From IMG/VR virus record IMGVR_UViG_3300009164_000100, positions 1 through 54,293 of that record: 54,293 bases of DNA; one strand, written 5' to 3'. This document shows, one piece after another, positions 35,227 to 44,967 of this stretch (within the stretch, counting starts at the first letter, position 1; every line of letters begins with the position of its first letter). A program made the translations under genes and the position numbers. The DNA comes from a virus (lineage: Duplodnaviria > Caudoviricetes). The notes below the pieces were generated by a model, which was not told the origin of the DNA, ran no database searches, and saw only the letters and a program-made list of their open reading frames with translations.

Positions 35227-36086
35227 TTTCCCAAGTCGTCAATCTGTTCCAAGCAACGCGCAATAACCTTCAGCGCAGGGCCAAAGGCACGCTGCGGGTC
35301 GCTGTTCTCTGCGAGAAGCGAACCCTCCATCGTCTCGTATGCGCTCTCAAGGACATTGCCAACATCAGAACCGAGGATAGCCTCAAGCAGGCTCATAATG
35401 CGAGCAACACGCGACACGGTATCGCCGTAGTCGCCGTACTGATTGCCCTCGCCAAGAATGCTGTTCAGTTCAAGCACCAACCCGTCACTCATGTCGTCTG
35501 CGTTCTGCGGGCGGCGGTTGTTCAACCTTGCAGACTTTGCATCGAATCCACGCACCTTGCGCTTCAACTCAATGCGAGCACCCTTGCCCTTCTCGTAAGT
35601 GTTCCGCTTTCCGGCAGTACGCTTATCGTACCGAATCTTCTTGCGAGCAGAACGGAGCGCGTCGGACTTCTTGACCTTTACAGCCCTACCGTCAACCATG
35701 TGGAAGCCCGGAGCAGCCTTCTTCTTGCGCTTGCCCATCTTGTCAATGGCATAGATAATCTTGCGCGACTCAAGGATAGCCTTGACGACCGCCTCAGCAG
35801 CCTCGGCAAGATCAGCGTCACCTTCCGGGAGTTCCTTCTCACGAAGGCCGTCAAGAAGATCGTCCAAATCGCTTTCGGACAGCGCGTTGAAGTCGAGGTC
35901 TGCAATGCGGCTCAACAACTCCACCGTCACCACGGGGCCGTCAATGGGGTCAGCCGTGATAGCCGGGACGCTGTAAAGGCTCTCGTCAAGGCGGTTGCTA
36001 GACAGGCGGTTCAACTCGTTGACACCCTTATCCCACCCAATCTTGGCGAAGTCCTCGCTCAAACTGCGAACAATACGATCCTGCAT
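35220..36086 (-). CDS. Putative prohead core protein (gp67/gp68-like position)
   Basis: Acidic N-half and K/R-rich middle with many LxE sites; lies between portal and protease. Confidence 0.7.
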   Translation of the reverse strand: MQDRIVRSLSEDFAKIGWDKGVNELNRLSSNRLDESLYSVPAITADPIDGPVVTVELLSRIADLDFNALSESDLDDLLDGLREKELPEGDADLAEAAEAVVKAILESRKIIYAIDKMGKRKKKAAPGFHMVDGRAVKVKKSDALRSARKKIRYDKRTAGKRNTYEKGKGARIELKRKVRGFDAKSARLNNRRPQNADDMSDGLVLELNSILGEGNQYGDYGDTVSRVARIMSLLEAILGSDVGNVLESAYETMEGSLLAENSDPQRAFGPALKVIARCLEQIDDLGNG

Positions 36087-36088
36087 GG

Positions 36089-36940
36089 CTAATCTCCCTT
36101 GATGGTGCTTTCTTGAATAAACCGCCGCATAACTTGTAGCGACTTTACTGTGTCAGCGAGCCGATCATGCACTTCCGCAAGGTCGGCTAGGTGTTCTTTC
36201 CGGGCCAAAGATAGGGCTTTATTCCCCCTATCTAAGATCACGCTACATTCTGTCTGCATACTTGCCAAGACATTTTTCACGTTCCAACCTCTAGCGTCAA
36301 CGCTTTTGGGGTCAACAACTTTCAACTCGTTGAAGATTTCTTCTGCTAGGCCGATCAGGGCACCCACGGATGAGCGCAACTCTTGGTCAAACCCTTCGAC
36401 CTTCTTCGGAGGCAAGGCACCATAACGGGTCTTGGGAACCCTGTTCTCGTCATCGCGGATTGTTCCATGAGCCATGCGGCGAATGTCTTTACGGTTCGCT
36501 TCGTAAAGCGTCTCCCAATGCAGCGGGTTCTTGCCCGACTCCAACAGACCGTCACGCTCTTCCGAGAACAGATAGCGACCACCGCTCTGCATCAACTTCG
36601 CGGCTTGGTGCAATTGATTGCACGGCTTCCCGTTCAGCAGGGCATCCACAGCCTCGGAGATAGACCTGCTAATGTATCTGTCAAGGTTGTTCTCGGTCAC
36701 AAGACCATCTTTGACCCGGTTGGAAATCACCTTCGGGCCGTCAGCATCCATGCGAACACCTAACTTGCGAACGCAGTCCTCGCCTTCTGCAACCACAAAG
36801 ATACAGTCCGTGTGCGTGGCAAGAACTTCCACCTTCTTGTCAAGGTGTGCTTCCGCAAGAGCCTCGGCAGCGTCAAGCACGCTTTCGACCGAGCCACTAC
36901 GCATTTCCGCAAACTTGTCTCCAACTACAAAAGGCTTCAT
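36089..36940 (-). CDS. Hypothetical head-module protein
   Basis: ATGA-coupled to the portal gene. Confidence 0.8.
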   Translation of the reverse strand: MKPFVVGDKFAEMRSGSVESVLDAAEALAEAHLDKKVEVLATHTDCIFVVAEGEDCVRKLGVRMDADGPKVISNRVKDGLVTENNLDRYISRSISEAVDALLNGKPCNQLHQAAKLMQSGGRYLFSEERDGLLESGKNPLHWETLYEANRKDIRRMAHGTIRDDENRVPKTRYGALPPKKVEGFDQELRSSVGALIGLAEEIFNELKVVDPKSVDARGWNVKNVLASMQTECSVILDRGNKALSLARKEHLADLAEVHDRLADTVKSLQVMRRFIQESTIKGD

Positions 36941-38703
36941 CGGTTCCTCTTTCGGTTCTCTGTCAGAACGCCTCTGTTCCGTTTCACCAACCTATGCACT
37001 TCTTTTACAGTAGGTGCAAGGTCGTCGTAAAGACGGTCAATCGATCTGATAGACGCTTCCTGCGACTTGTGCAATCGATCATACCGCTCCTGTAACAACC
37101 GCAAACGCTTGTCAAGTTTAGCGAAAGATTCCGCTGCCGCAACTTCTGCACTGTCCTCTGCGGGTGCTGTGGCAGCAGGGGCCTCGCCCGTGGGCAACTC
37201 GCCCTGCAACTCAATCGCCCCGGCACCACCCATAGCATCCTGCGCGGCAGACATAACCTTTGCTTCGGTATCCGCTTGGTACATAGCATCGTCACGCACT
37301 TCGCTACGCTTCTCCTTCTGAATAAAGATCGCGTCATCCTTGCTGAAATCAAAGATGTGTTCCAAGATCCAATCCTTTGGAAGATACTCCACCAATGCCT
37401 GCGCTGCTCCCGCCCTTGCGTTCACTAACTCCAACTGCGACAACTCAAAGATCGTAGAAGAAGTTGTCATTTTCAGATCGTAGGCGATCTGATCCGGGTC
37501 GATGTTCAACGCCGCCAAGTGAATACGGCAGACCTTCTTGTAGCCGTTCCGAACTTCGCGCTGCAACCGCTGTATGGTGCGAGCAAACCGAACATCCTCC
37601 TGCGATAGCGAAGCCCGGCTCTCTCCACCATCGAATCCAAGATACCGTCGCGGCACCTTCAACGCCGAGAACAACTTGCTTCGGAAGTATTCTAGGTCGT
37701 CGGTCGTCTGATAGTCGGGGCCGCTGATCACGTCGATTCGTGTGCTGTCCTGCCCGTTCGCAGTTGGGATCCAAAAGTCCTCGTCTGCGGCGAGTGGGTT
37801 CATACGGAAGTCCAACTTTCCCGTGGAAGGGTTGTAGAACTTCCGCTTCTTGTAGCCTTGCTTGACCTGATTCACATAGGCCGTGCGCTGCTGCGGAGGC
37901 AGGTTTCCCGTGTCCACATAGAAGGCAAACCTAGCCGGGGCGCGGGTCAACTTGTAGATAAGTGCGCTGTCCTCGGCCATAACAAGGCGGCGGAAGATCC
38001 ACCGCGCACTGTCTAGTACGCTGTACCCATAGGAGGTGTGAACGCGCTTGCCCTGCATTCGCCAATGCACCACTTCATAAGGCTCAAAGAATGTCACCCC
38101 CTGCGGCAACTTCTTGTTCTTTATGTCTGAAACAATCGTGCTTCCCTCGGCCAAGAACCGACCATCCATCGTCTGAATGAATCCGAGTAGGTTCCCCTTC
38201 TCATCTTCAATCCGCCGCATCGTAGGTGCAGGCAGATAGTTCAATCCGACCACGCCCGTATCGTTTGCCAAGATCTCTGCGTAGGCATTACCGTACTTTG
38301 CCAAGCCTCGCGTGAGCGCGTAAACATCTTCCTCCACGCGCAAGCGGCGCGTGATAAGGTCCTCTAGGATGCCACGAACAAGGCTGTCCTCGGCAGTCGG
38401 CCACATACACGCATTATGCCGTCCGTCCTGCACCGTAGCATCGTCGGCATACACATCTAGGGCCGAGCCGATCTCCGGGTAGTCGTCCATCTCTTCGTAG
38501 TCGGCGTACCGATACAGAAGCGTGTCCTCCAAGCGGAGGTTATCGGACAACTGATCGTATCCCGTATACCCGGCCATTCCGCCGCCGTCTCCACCGACAA
38601 ACTGACTTTCATCATTCCCCTTCTTCAAGGAAATGGTGACATTCTCCTTGTCTGCGTCGAACCACTTGCTGACTCGGCTTGCAATGTTGGATACAATACC
38701 CAT
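36937..38703 (-). CDS. Portal protein (T4 gp20-like)
   Basis: YEEMDDYPEIGSALD, AEDSALIYKLTRAPARFAFYVDTGNLP, EDFWIP, YFRSKLFSALKVP, EDVRFARTIQRLQ. Confidence 0.96.
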   Translation of the reverse strand: MGIVSNIASRVSKWFDADKENVTISLKKGNDESQFVGGDGGGMAGYTGYDQLSDNLRLEDTLLYRYADYEEMDDYPEIGSALDVYADDATVQDGRHNACMWPTAEDSLVRGILEDLITRRLRVEEDVYALTRGLAKYGNAYAEILANDTGVVGLNYLPAPTMRRIEDEKGNLLGFIQTMDGRFLAEGSTIVSDIKNKKLPQGVTFFEPYEVVHWRMQGKRVHTSYGYSVLDSARWIFRRLVMAEDSALIYKLTRAPARFAFYVDTGNLPPQQRTAYVNQVKQGYKKRKFYNPSTGKLDFRMNPLAADEDFWIPTANGQDSTRIDVISGPDYQTTDDLEYFRSKLFSALKVPRRYLGFDGGESRASLSQEDVRFARTIQRLQREVRNGYKKVCRIHLAALNIDPDQIAYDLKMTTSSTIFELSQLELVNARAGAAQALVEYLPKDWILEHIFDFSKDDAIFIQKEKRSEVRDDAMYQADTEAKVMSAAQDAMGGAGAIELQGELPTGEAPAATAPAEDSAEVAAAESFAKLDKRLRLLQERYDRLHKSQEASIRSIDRLYDDLAPTVKEVHRLVKRNRGVLTENRKRNR

Positions 38704-38706
38704 TGA

Positions 38707-40737
38707 CTAACCCATAATGAACGGCAACGGCATACCCGACAAGTCCTGCGCAATTGATTGCATCGAGCCTTGCGGCACCATAATCTTATTGCTCACCCAA
38801 CTGTCGCTATCCCTTGTTTCGAGGTCGAGGTCGGGCATCACAACATTACTCAATCTTGCGCCTTTGACAAGGGCATAGACCATGCCTGCCACGGCATCGG
38901 CAACATCCTTGGTGCCTGCAACCGGGTGGTCTACCTTGCCGCGAACCTTGTCATACTCCAAGGTCCTCAACTCTGTGACGAACGGATCGTAGCGGTAGAA
39001 CTCAATCCGCCGCTCGTACAGCGCCGACTTCAACGCATCATAAGCGTCCATCGACCTATCCACCGACACCACTTCGGACTGAACCCCGTGCGCCTTCATC
39101 TGCTGAATCATCTCCGCAGATTGGTAACTGTCACAGGAGAACCCGGATAGGTGGAAGCCGTGTTCCATCAACTCGTAGACCATACGCCGAATGTCGGGCA
39201 GGAAGATCTGCTCGCCTTGCGGGGGGTTCACACGCAGCATCAAGTCGATAACAATGTATGGTGCAACATCGGTGTATTCTTCACCGTCAGGGCCGCGACG
39301 GACGACTTCCACCCACCGATCAATGTGGCCCATAGCAATCCCGGTGCTGTCTCCCGATAGCGAAGGGTCAATGTGAACATGGCGAGCCGTCTTGGGATTC
39401 CGAAGCGGTTGCCAAAAGACCTCTTTGTAGCCCCCCGATAGTTTCCGCTCACCCTTCCTACACAGCGCAGGCCAAACAAAGCCTGCACCACTACCGTAGT
39501 CGTATTCCATCGACTCAAACGGATGCTGCATTTCATTGTTCACGCATTCTTCAATCCGACCAATGCGGTTGATAAACGCCGAGATCGCGTGCGTACTGAT
39601 ACCCGCTATGTCGCGTATGCCGTTCTCCAAGTCGCGGTCAAAGTCGTCGTAGTATTCGATAGGCACCTCGATGATGCGGCACTCCTGCTCTTCCAACCAA
39701 CCACGGTCAATCCCGTCTGCCTCGGCCTTGTCCTTGATCACCCGGCTGTGAACCGCGCTGTTCCCAATCAGAACCCAAAACTTTGCGCCGTTGAAGTTCT
39801 GCTTCGGCTTCACGTCCCATGCTGCGTAGTCGCGCACGAACACGGACGGGTCACTTGCCGAATCACGAATCTTTCGGTTCGTGAAACTGTCAATCGTTGC
39901 AGCCGACGATGCCAAGATCATCAGCCCCGGCAAGTCTTGTGGTGCCTTTAGGAAACGGGATTTGATACGGCGAACGATAGATGCGTACATCTTCTCGGCC
40001 AAGTCGTACTGCGCAACTGTTGCCTTCTTGCCCCCGTTCTTACCGATAACCTGACCCTTCGACACCATGAAGTTCGCTTCGTCCATCGCCCCGCCAAGGA
40101 CATTCATGCCCAAGATACGCTCGGAGAAGCACGAACCGATGCTCAAGTTGATGTTGTTGGGAAAGAAGGTGTTGTCGGAGCGGAAGTCCGGCTTGAAGCA
40201 TTCCATAAAGTAGGGAGACAACTTGATCTTGTCGTCCACCGACGATTTCATAACCTGCCGTGATAGGTGCAGCGACTTGCTCATAAGCGCAATCACGATC
40301 TCCGAACCGAGCGACAACCCATAGGCAGACTGCGGAGCGCGGAGACAGGACAACTCGTAGAGCAATCGGCAGACAGCGAACGAGATAAAGGTCGTCTTGC
40401 CGTAACCAATGCTGCCCGTCATTACCACTTCCCGGATTGAAGGGGTCTCAAACATTTCGATCAAGTCCTCTTTGATGCGAGGATACAGCGTTTGGCTAGA
40501 CGCACCCATGTAGTAGGGGTCCTCCAAAAACTGACGCACCGAAACAGGCTTCCGCAGCCAACGATTGTCGTTCATGTAGTCAAACAGATCACCATCACCC
40601 TGCGTTGCACTGACGAGCATTGCCTTCACCAACTTGCGTTGGGCAGGGGTCAACTCGGACAACTGCTGCATAAGCAGCGCCCGGTCCTCGCCTTTGGTGC
40701 GCTCCGATCTGTGACGACCATCTGTGCTGAAAATCAT
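38707..40737 (-). CDS. terL: Terminase large subunit
   Basis: Walker A GSIGYGKT, Walker B AMDEANF, nuclease HVHIDPS, KVDHP...KDVADAVAG; adjacent to the portal. Confidence 0.93.
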   Translation of the reverse strand: MIFSTDGRHRSERTKGEDRALLMQQLSELTPAQRKLVKAMLVSATQGDGDLFDYMNDNRWLRKPVSVRQFLEDPYYMGASSQTLYPRIKEDLIEMFETPSIREVVMTGSIGYGKTTFISFAVCRLLYELSCLRAPQSAYGLSLGSEIVIALMSKSLHLSRQVMKSSVDDKIKLSPYFMECFKPDFRSDNTFFPNNINLSIGSCFSERILGMNVLGGAMDEANFMVSKGQVIGKNGGKKATVAQYDLAEKMYASIVRRIKSRFLKAPQDLPGLMILASSAATIDSFTNRKIRDSASDPSVFVRDYAAWDVKPKQNFNGAKFWVLIGNSAVHSRVIKDKAEADGIDRGWLEEQECRIIEVPIEYYDDFDRDLENGIRDIAGISTHAISAFINRIGRIEECVNNEMQHPFESMEYDYGSGAGFVWPALCRKGERKLSGGYKEVFWQPLRNPKTARHVHIDPSLSGDSTGIAMGHIDRWVEVVRRGPDGEEYTDVAPYIVIDLMLRVNPPQGEQIFLPDIRRMVYELMEHGFHLSGFSCDSYQSAEMIQQMKAHGVQSEVVSVDRSMDAYDALKSALYERRIEFYRYDPFVTELRTLEYDKVRGKVDHPVAGTKDVADAVAGMVYALVKGARLSNVVMPDLDLETRDSDSWVSNKIMVPQGSMQSIAQDLSGMPLPFIMG

Positions 40738-41441
40738 TCTTGCTCCGAGTTCTCGCTAGGCTCAATCTCAAAGTCCATGTCAAACACATCCCCGTCCAAC
40801 GCAGCGAGCGCACGGGCAACCGCCAATGCCTTGCCACGGCTCACGGGGTCATTCGCTGCCTGAACAATGTCCACATCATACTTCCCACTCACCGTAGCAC
40901 CCAACTCCGGACGTAGCATCATGGTGCCAAGATTGCGCCCGCCATCCATGCCCAAGTCCATCTTGATCTCATGCCGCCGCATCAACAGGCTAGATGCCTG
41001 CGCAATTTCCTGCGTCATGTTCTTGTTCAACACTCGGCTCGCCTTCTCAAACTGAACGCCGATCTCGATGCGCTCCCGCTGCAAGTGGTAAAGTTTCTGC
41101 AACTCCTCCAACTCGTCCACCTGCTTGTCGATCACCACCTTCGCGTCCCGGACCACCGAAGGGAGCAGCCGTTCCGCTACCTCCATAGGCTTCAAGTCCT
41201 CGCGGTAGCGGTACAGCGTGGTCACAAGGCTGTCGTGCGTCAGATCGTTGCATTCGCTACGCTCTTCCTGCAACCACTTCGCAATGTCCGGGAGAGAGTA
41301 GCCATGCTTCATGCGGCTATCCATCTCGGCCCGTGTCTGAACCGCTATGTCCATTATCCGCTTGTGCCGCTGCTGCACCTTTGGCCTATCTCGGCGGAAG
41401 TCACGCTTGTCGTCGTTACCCTTCTTCAGCATCTTCGTCAC
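40734..41441 (-). CDS. Putative terminase small subunit
   Basis: Immediately upstream of and ATGA-coupled to terL; HTH-like N-part (GYSLPDIAKWLQ) plus coiled coil. Confidence 0.5.
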   Translation of the reverse strand: MTKMLKKGNDDKRDFRRDRPKVQQRHKRIMDIAVQTRAEMDSRMKHGYSLPDIAKWLQEERSECNDLTHDSLVTTLYRYREDLKPMEVAERLLPSVVRDAKVVIDKQVDELEELQKLYHLQRERIEIGVQFEKASRVLNKNMTQEIAQASSLLMRRHEIKMDLGMDGGRNLGTMMLRPELGATVSGKYDVDIVQAANDPVSRGKALAVARALAALDGDVFDMDFEIEPSENSEQE

Positions 41442-42195
41442 CGTTCAAGTCCACAGCCGCTTCGTAGTTGTTCGCCAACGCCTCAAAGAAGTCGCCCGCA
41501 TCTAGCCCGCGCTTCCGAACCTCGTTCATCATCTTCTCGATAGCCTTGAAAGCCTTGCTGTTCACCTCAACATACAAGTTCTTCTTCCCGCCCCAATCGA
41601 AGTAGATGAAGTGCTGATTGAGCGTTGCACCATACTTCTGATGTATCTGATAGATTATCTCGGACAGGTTATCGAGGCTCTTGGCATCCTTCGCCTTCGC
41701 CTCCAACTCGTCCTCGGCTTCCGGGGGCAGCCCGGCATCTCGGATAGCCTTGCGTGCGTGGCCAATCATCTTCCGCAGCGCGTCCTTGTCGGCAAAGCCC
41801 ATAAGGTCGGCAACTGCGCTCGCCCCGTGCTTTGCAGCGACCTCCTGATACAGCGCGAGCATCTTCTCGCCGTTCATGCTGCCCTTGATCGCGTTGAGCC
41901 GAACCGTCTCCAACTTCTGACGCTCTTCGTCCTGCCACTTCGGGTCGGTCAACACGACACACGGAATGGTGCTGTAACCGATCATCTTGCAGGCCAAGTG
42001 CCGGTGGTGGCCTCCGATAATCCGATACCGACCGTCACCATTCGGAACCACCTGTACCGGGTCGATCATGCCCCCTTCCTCGATGTTCTGAACAAGCCGC
42101 TTGAACTCCTTGTCCTTCATCTTGTTCGGGTTCCAATCCGCCGCGTCCAACAGGTCGATCCCCAACTCCACATAGTCTCCCGCCAACGACGACAT
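41416..42195 (-). CDS. ParB/Srx N-terminal domain protein
   Basis: WNPNKM, LVQNIEEGGMIDPVQV, YRIIGGHHRHLAC (GxxR box), RLNAIKG, helical/HTH-like C-part; GGAGG RBS before MSSLAG. Confidence 0.88.
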   Translation of the reverse strand: MSSLAGDYVELGIDLLDAADWNPNKMKDKEFKRLVQNIEEGGMIDPVQVVPNGDGRYRIIGGHHRHLACKMIGYSTIPCVVLTDPKWQDEERQKLETVRLNAIKGSMNGEKMLALYQEVAAKHGASAVADLMGFADKDALRKMIGHARKAIRDAGLPPEAEDELEAKAKDAKSLDNLSEIIYQIHQKYGATLNQHFIYFDWGGKKNLYVEVNSKAFKAIEKMMNEVRKRGLDAGDFFEALANNYEAAVDLNGDEDAEEG

Positions 42196-42331
42196 TCTCA
42201 TCCTCCGCGCAATCGATTGCACTCTCGCCACCACAACATGGTGCTATGTTAGTCTTACAGCGAACGCATTGCGTGTGTCCATGCACAAAGACTACTGTGC
42301 CAACATTCCCGCACCATTCGCAACGCCGCAT
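42035..42331 (-). CDS. Small zinc-ribbon protein (C-terminal part overlaps parB)
   Basis: GGAGG RBS; CEWCG...VHGHTQCVRC...PCC. Confidence 0.55.
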   Translation of the reverse strand: MRRCEWCGNVGTVVFVHGHTQCVRCKTNIAPCCGGESAIDCAEDENVVVGGRLCGVGDRPVGRGGLEPEQDEGQGVQAACSEHRGRGHDRPGTGGSEW

Positions 42332-42405
42332 CGAGCCTCCAAAAACGAAACGCCCCCGCGAGACTGTGGCTAGGTCAAGCGGGAGCGTCAAGCGGCAGAA
42401 ACGGA

Positions 42406-43149
42406 TTACTCCGCGTCTCCCGCAATCTCGTCAAGCAGGTCGGCACCGAACACAACCGCATCTGCCTCTTTGTCGTAGGCCACAAGACGCAGCCCGGACG
42501 ACTTCTCAAGCCGCCGCAGCACGCCGAACAGGTCGTCGTCAGCAGCATTCGTGGCGAGGAAATCGGAACAGATAAGGTCGAGCGCGTGACCCTCCTTATC
42601 CGTGTTCGCAAGCGACTTCGCCTTCGCAAGCGCAGCCTCGACATTCGTTGCCTGCTCAGGGAACAGCGCAAACGCCTTCTTGCCCGGCTTTTCGGGAGCC
42701 GTAGGACGGTCGGCCTTCCCGTCAATCGGTGTCTCGTCGCCACCCTTGCCGCCCTTCAACTCCGCGACCATCTCGGCGTAGGTCAGCCCCTCAAGGCGGG
42801 CCTTCCAATCGGCAGCGTTGTCGTCGGTCACAATACCGATCAACTCCTTGGCCTTCGTCCAACCAAGCCCCTGCACCCAAGCCTTCACTTCGGGCTTCAT
42901 CTTGCCGAACCAATCTTGGATTGAAACCAAGTATTGCGCCTTCCGCAGCGCAAACTGCAACTCCGATTCGACATACTCCTTCCAAGAGGAATAGCCCCAC
43001 GGAATGTAGTAAGAACCCTGATAGACCTCGTTCAAGGTCTTGGAAAGTTCCCAATAGGATTCTTCAACCTTGTTGCGAAGGTCGAGGACCTTCTGCCGGG
43101 CTTCGGAATGCTCCTTGCCGCCCTGCATCACTACCAAACTATCACTCAT
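42406..43149 (-). CDS. Putative DNA-binding protein (DUF3102 / pGP6-D-like helical domain)
   Basis: YWELSKTLNEV...GYSSWKEYVESELQFALRKAQYLV...LGWTKA pattern. Confidence 0.6.
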   Translation of the reverse strand: MSDSLVVMQGGKEHSEARQKVLDLRNKVEESYWELSKTLNEVYQGSYYIPWGYSSWKEYVESELQFALRKAQYLVSIQDWFGKMKPEVKAWVQGLGWTKAKELIGIVTDDNAADWKARLEGLTYAEMVAELKGGKGGDETPIDGKADRPTAPEKPGKKAFALFPEQATNVEAALAKAKSLANTDKEGHALDLICSDFLATNAADDDLFGVLRRLEKSSGLRLVAYDKEADAVVFGADLLDEIAGDAE

Positions 43150-43664
43150 TCCACTTCCTCCAATGTTGCCCGCCGCAACCATTCTGCGACGAGATAAGCG
43201 TCTGCTTCGTCGTTGTTTCTAACCGTCAAACCCGCATCTGTCAAGACCCGTTGAGCGTGTTCGTAGGACTGTTGCTTTGTCGCGTTGCCCTTGCCGAGCA
43301 GCATCTTCCGGTAGGACGAAGGCGAAACCACCTTTGGGTACAGGTGCAAAGACAAGTGCAACTGCATCTTCACGCAGCCATGCAACTCCCCTAAGTCGTT
43401 CTGCGCTCCCTTTGCACCAAAGGCGTAGTTCTCAATCGCTACCTTCGCTTCGCCACCCTTGTCGAACGCCTCGGCATGGTAGACCCGGACCTCCTGAACA
43501 ATCCGCTGCGTCAGGCCCACCAACCGCTCCACCTTCTGCTTCATCGTTGCACCACGCTCAAGTGATGCGCCGAACGAGCAGACCTTGACGATAGTGCCGT
43601 CTCCACGGACTACCGCCAACCCGGTGTTGCGGAGCGATAGGTCTAGGCCGATGGCGTAAAGCAC
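43146..43664 (-). CDS. ruvC: RuvC-like Holliday junction resolvase
   Basis: IGLDLSLRNTG, VAIENY, LGELHG, GKGNATK, DEADAY. Confidence 0.9.
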   Translation of the reverse strand: MLYAIGLDLSLRNTGLAVVRGDGTIVKVCSFGASLERGATMKQKVERLVGLTQRIVQEVRVYHAEAFDKGGEAKVAIENYAFGAKGAQNDLGELHGCVKMQLHLSLHLYPKVVSPSSYRKMLLGKGNATKQQSYEHAQRVLTDAGLTVRNNDEADAYLVAEWLRRATLEEVE

Positions 43665-44533
43665 GCGACCTTCGCGGGGCAATACTTGGCCCGTTCGCTG
43701 CCCTTGCCACGGCACTCGGTCAGTCGGGCAGGCTTGTGGCCTTCGTCCAACGCCTTCACCGTCTCAAGCAAGGTTGCTTTGATGCTCTCGATAATAGCCT
43801 CGTCGCGCAAGATCTCATGCTCGCAAAGCATCTCGTCAAACCGCCCGAAACGCTTGCAAAAGTAGACGATCCGCGCCCGCTTCAGCCCGCTAAACCACAG
43901 ATACGCCTGCGCTTGCAGCACGTGTTCTGCCTTTGGCGAGCCGCCATTGTCGGGGTCTACACGCGCAAAGCCCGTTTCGTTGATAGTCTTCAACTCAAAG
44001 ATTTCGGGGTCCTCGCCCGGCCACACTAGCACACCGTCACAGTGGCCCGTGATACGGAACGCTTCGTTGCGGAACGACAACTCCACATACTCGTAGTCGT
44101 CGCTGTCACCGCTAGGCATAGGAGCCCAACTGTGCGCCAAGCATTCGCCGTTGTGACCGAACGGTAGGCTATCGCCCTTCGACACATAGCCCGTTGCACG
44201 ATTGCGCCACCACCCTTGGAACACGCCCGCAGGAAGGCTTCGCAGGAACTCTTCTTGAAACTGCCTGTGCATGGCCGTGCCAATGCCGAAAGTCCAACCC
44301 AAGTCTGCGTCAACTTCAAGGTCTAGGCTAAACGCATTCTGCATTGCGAGCGCGTACATACGGGGGCAAAGCCTCGGCAAGCCCGATGCACGCATCCAAT
44401 CGCCCGGCTTCGGAGGGGCAGGATTCGCAGCCCGTTCTAGGCCAACCCGCAACGCATCCCGTAACTTCTTCGACCCCGCATGAACGACACGCGGTTTATT
44501 CTGTTCAGCGATTATCCGACCCAACATTATCAA
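43643..44533 (-). CDS. Cas4/AddB-like PD-(D/E)XK exonuclease
   Basis: ASGLPRLCPR, GTAMH, GHCDG, ELKT, QAQAY, C-terminal C...YCP...C Fe-S-type cysteines. Confidence 0.88.
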   Translation of the reverse strand: MIMLGRIIAEQNKPRVVHAGSKKLRDALRVGLERAANPAPPKPGDWMRASGLPRLCPRMYALAMQNAFSLDLEVDADLGWTFGIGTAMHRQFQEEFLRSLPAGVFQGWWRNRATGYVSKGDSLPFGHNGECLAHSWAPMPSGDSDDYEYVELSFRNEAFRITGHCDGVLVWPGEDPEIFELKTINETGFARVDPDNGGSPKAEHVLQAQAYLWFSGLKRARIVYFCKRFGRFDEMLCEHEILRDEAIIESIKATLLETVKALDEGHKPARLTECRGKGSERAKYCPAKVACFTPSA

Positions 44534-44885
44534 CCTCCACTTTTGGCTGTTCCGTCAACATCCGTTCAACATCGAACCCGATACGAACAATAGACGCATC
44601 AGCCGAACCCGCACCGTAAAGGCTCGTTTGGTTGATCGTCCAAGCGGGCAGGCCGCTAAACCCTTCGCCCTTGGCCAAGTCCTCCGTGACCTCACCCGCA
44701 GTCATAGCCCTGATAGTCTTGACTGTCAACAAGGCATACGGGCGCGTGTTCTCGCCCTCCCGCACGCGAGCAACAATGGTGCTGCCAATCTCATACGGGC
44801 AGTTCGCCATGCGCCGGGACAATGCCTTGCAACGCTTCCGCAACAACCCATACGCTTCTGTATCTGTCAATGTAATCGCCAACAT
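44505..44885 (-). CDS. ASCH-like domain protein
   Basis: K..SRR, YEIGS, EVTEDLAKGEGF pattern; AGGAGAGG RBS. Confidence 0.65.
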   Translation of the reverse strand: MLAITLTDTEAYGLLRKRCKALSRRMANCPYEIGSTIVARVREGENTRPYALLTVKTIRAMTAGEVTEDLAKGEGFSGLPAWTINQTSLYGAGSADASIVRIGFDVERMLTEQPKVEVDNVGSDNR

Positions 44886-44967
44886 CGGAACCTCTCCTCC
44901 TAAAAGCCACACCGTCAAACGGCGCAGAAACAACTGCCACATCAATCTGTATGCACCATACAGTAAC

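Noticed and set aside
43643-44533. Cas4 as evidence of CRISPR-Cas
   Set aside because: No cas1/cas2 and no repeat-spacer array seen; solo Cas4-like exonucleases are common in phage recombination modules.
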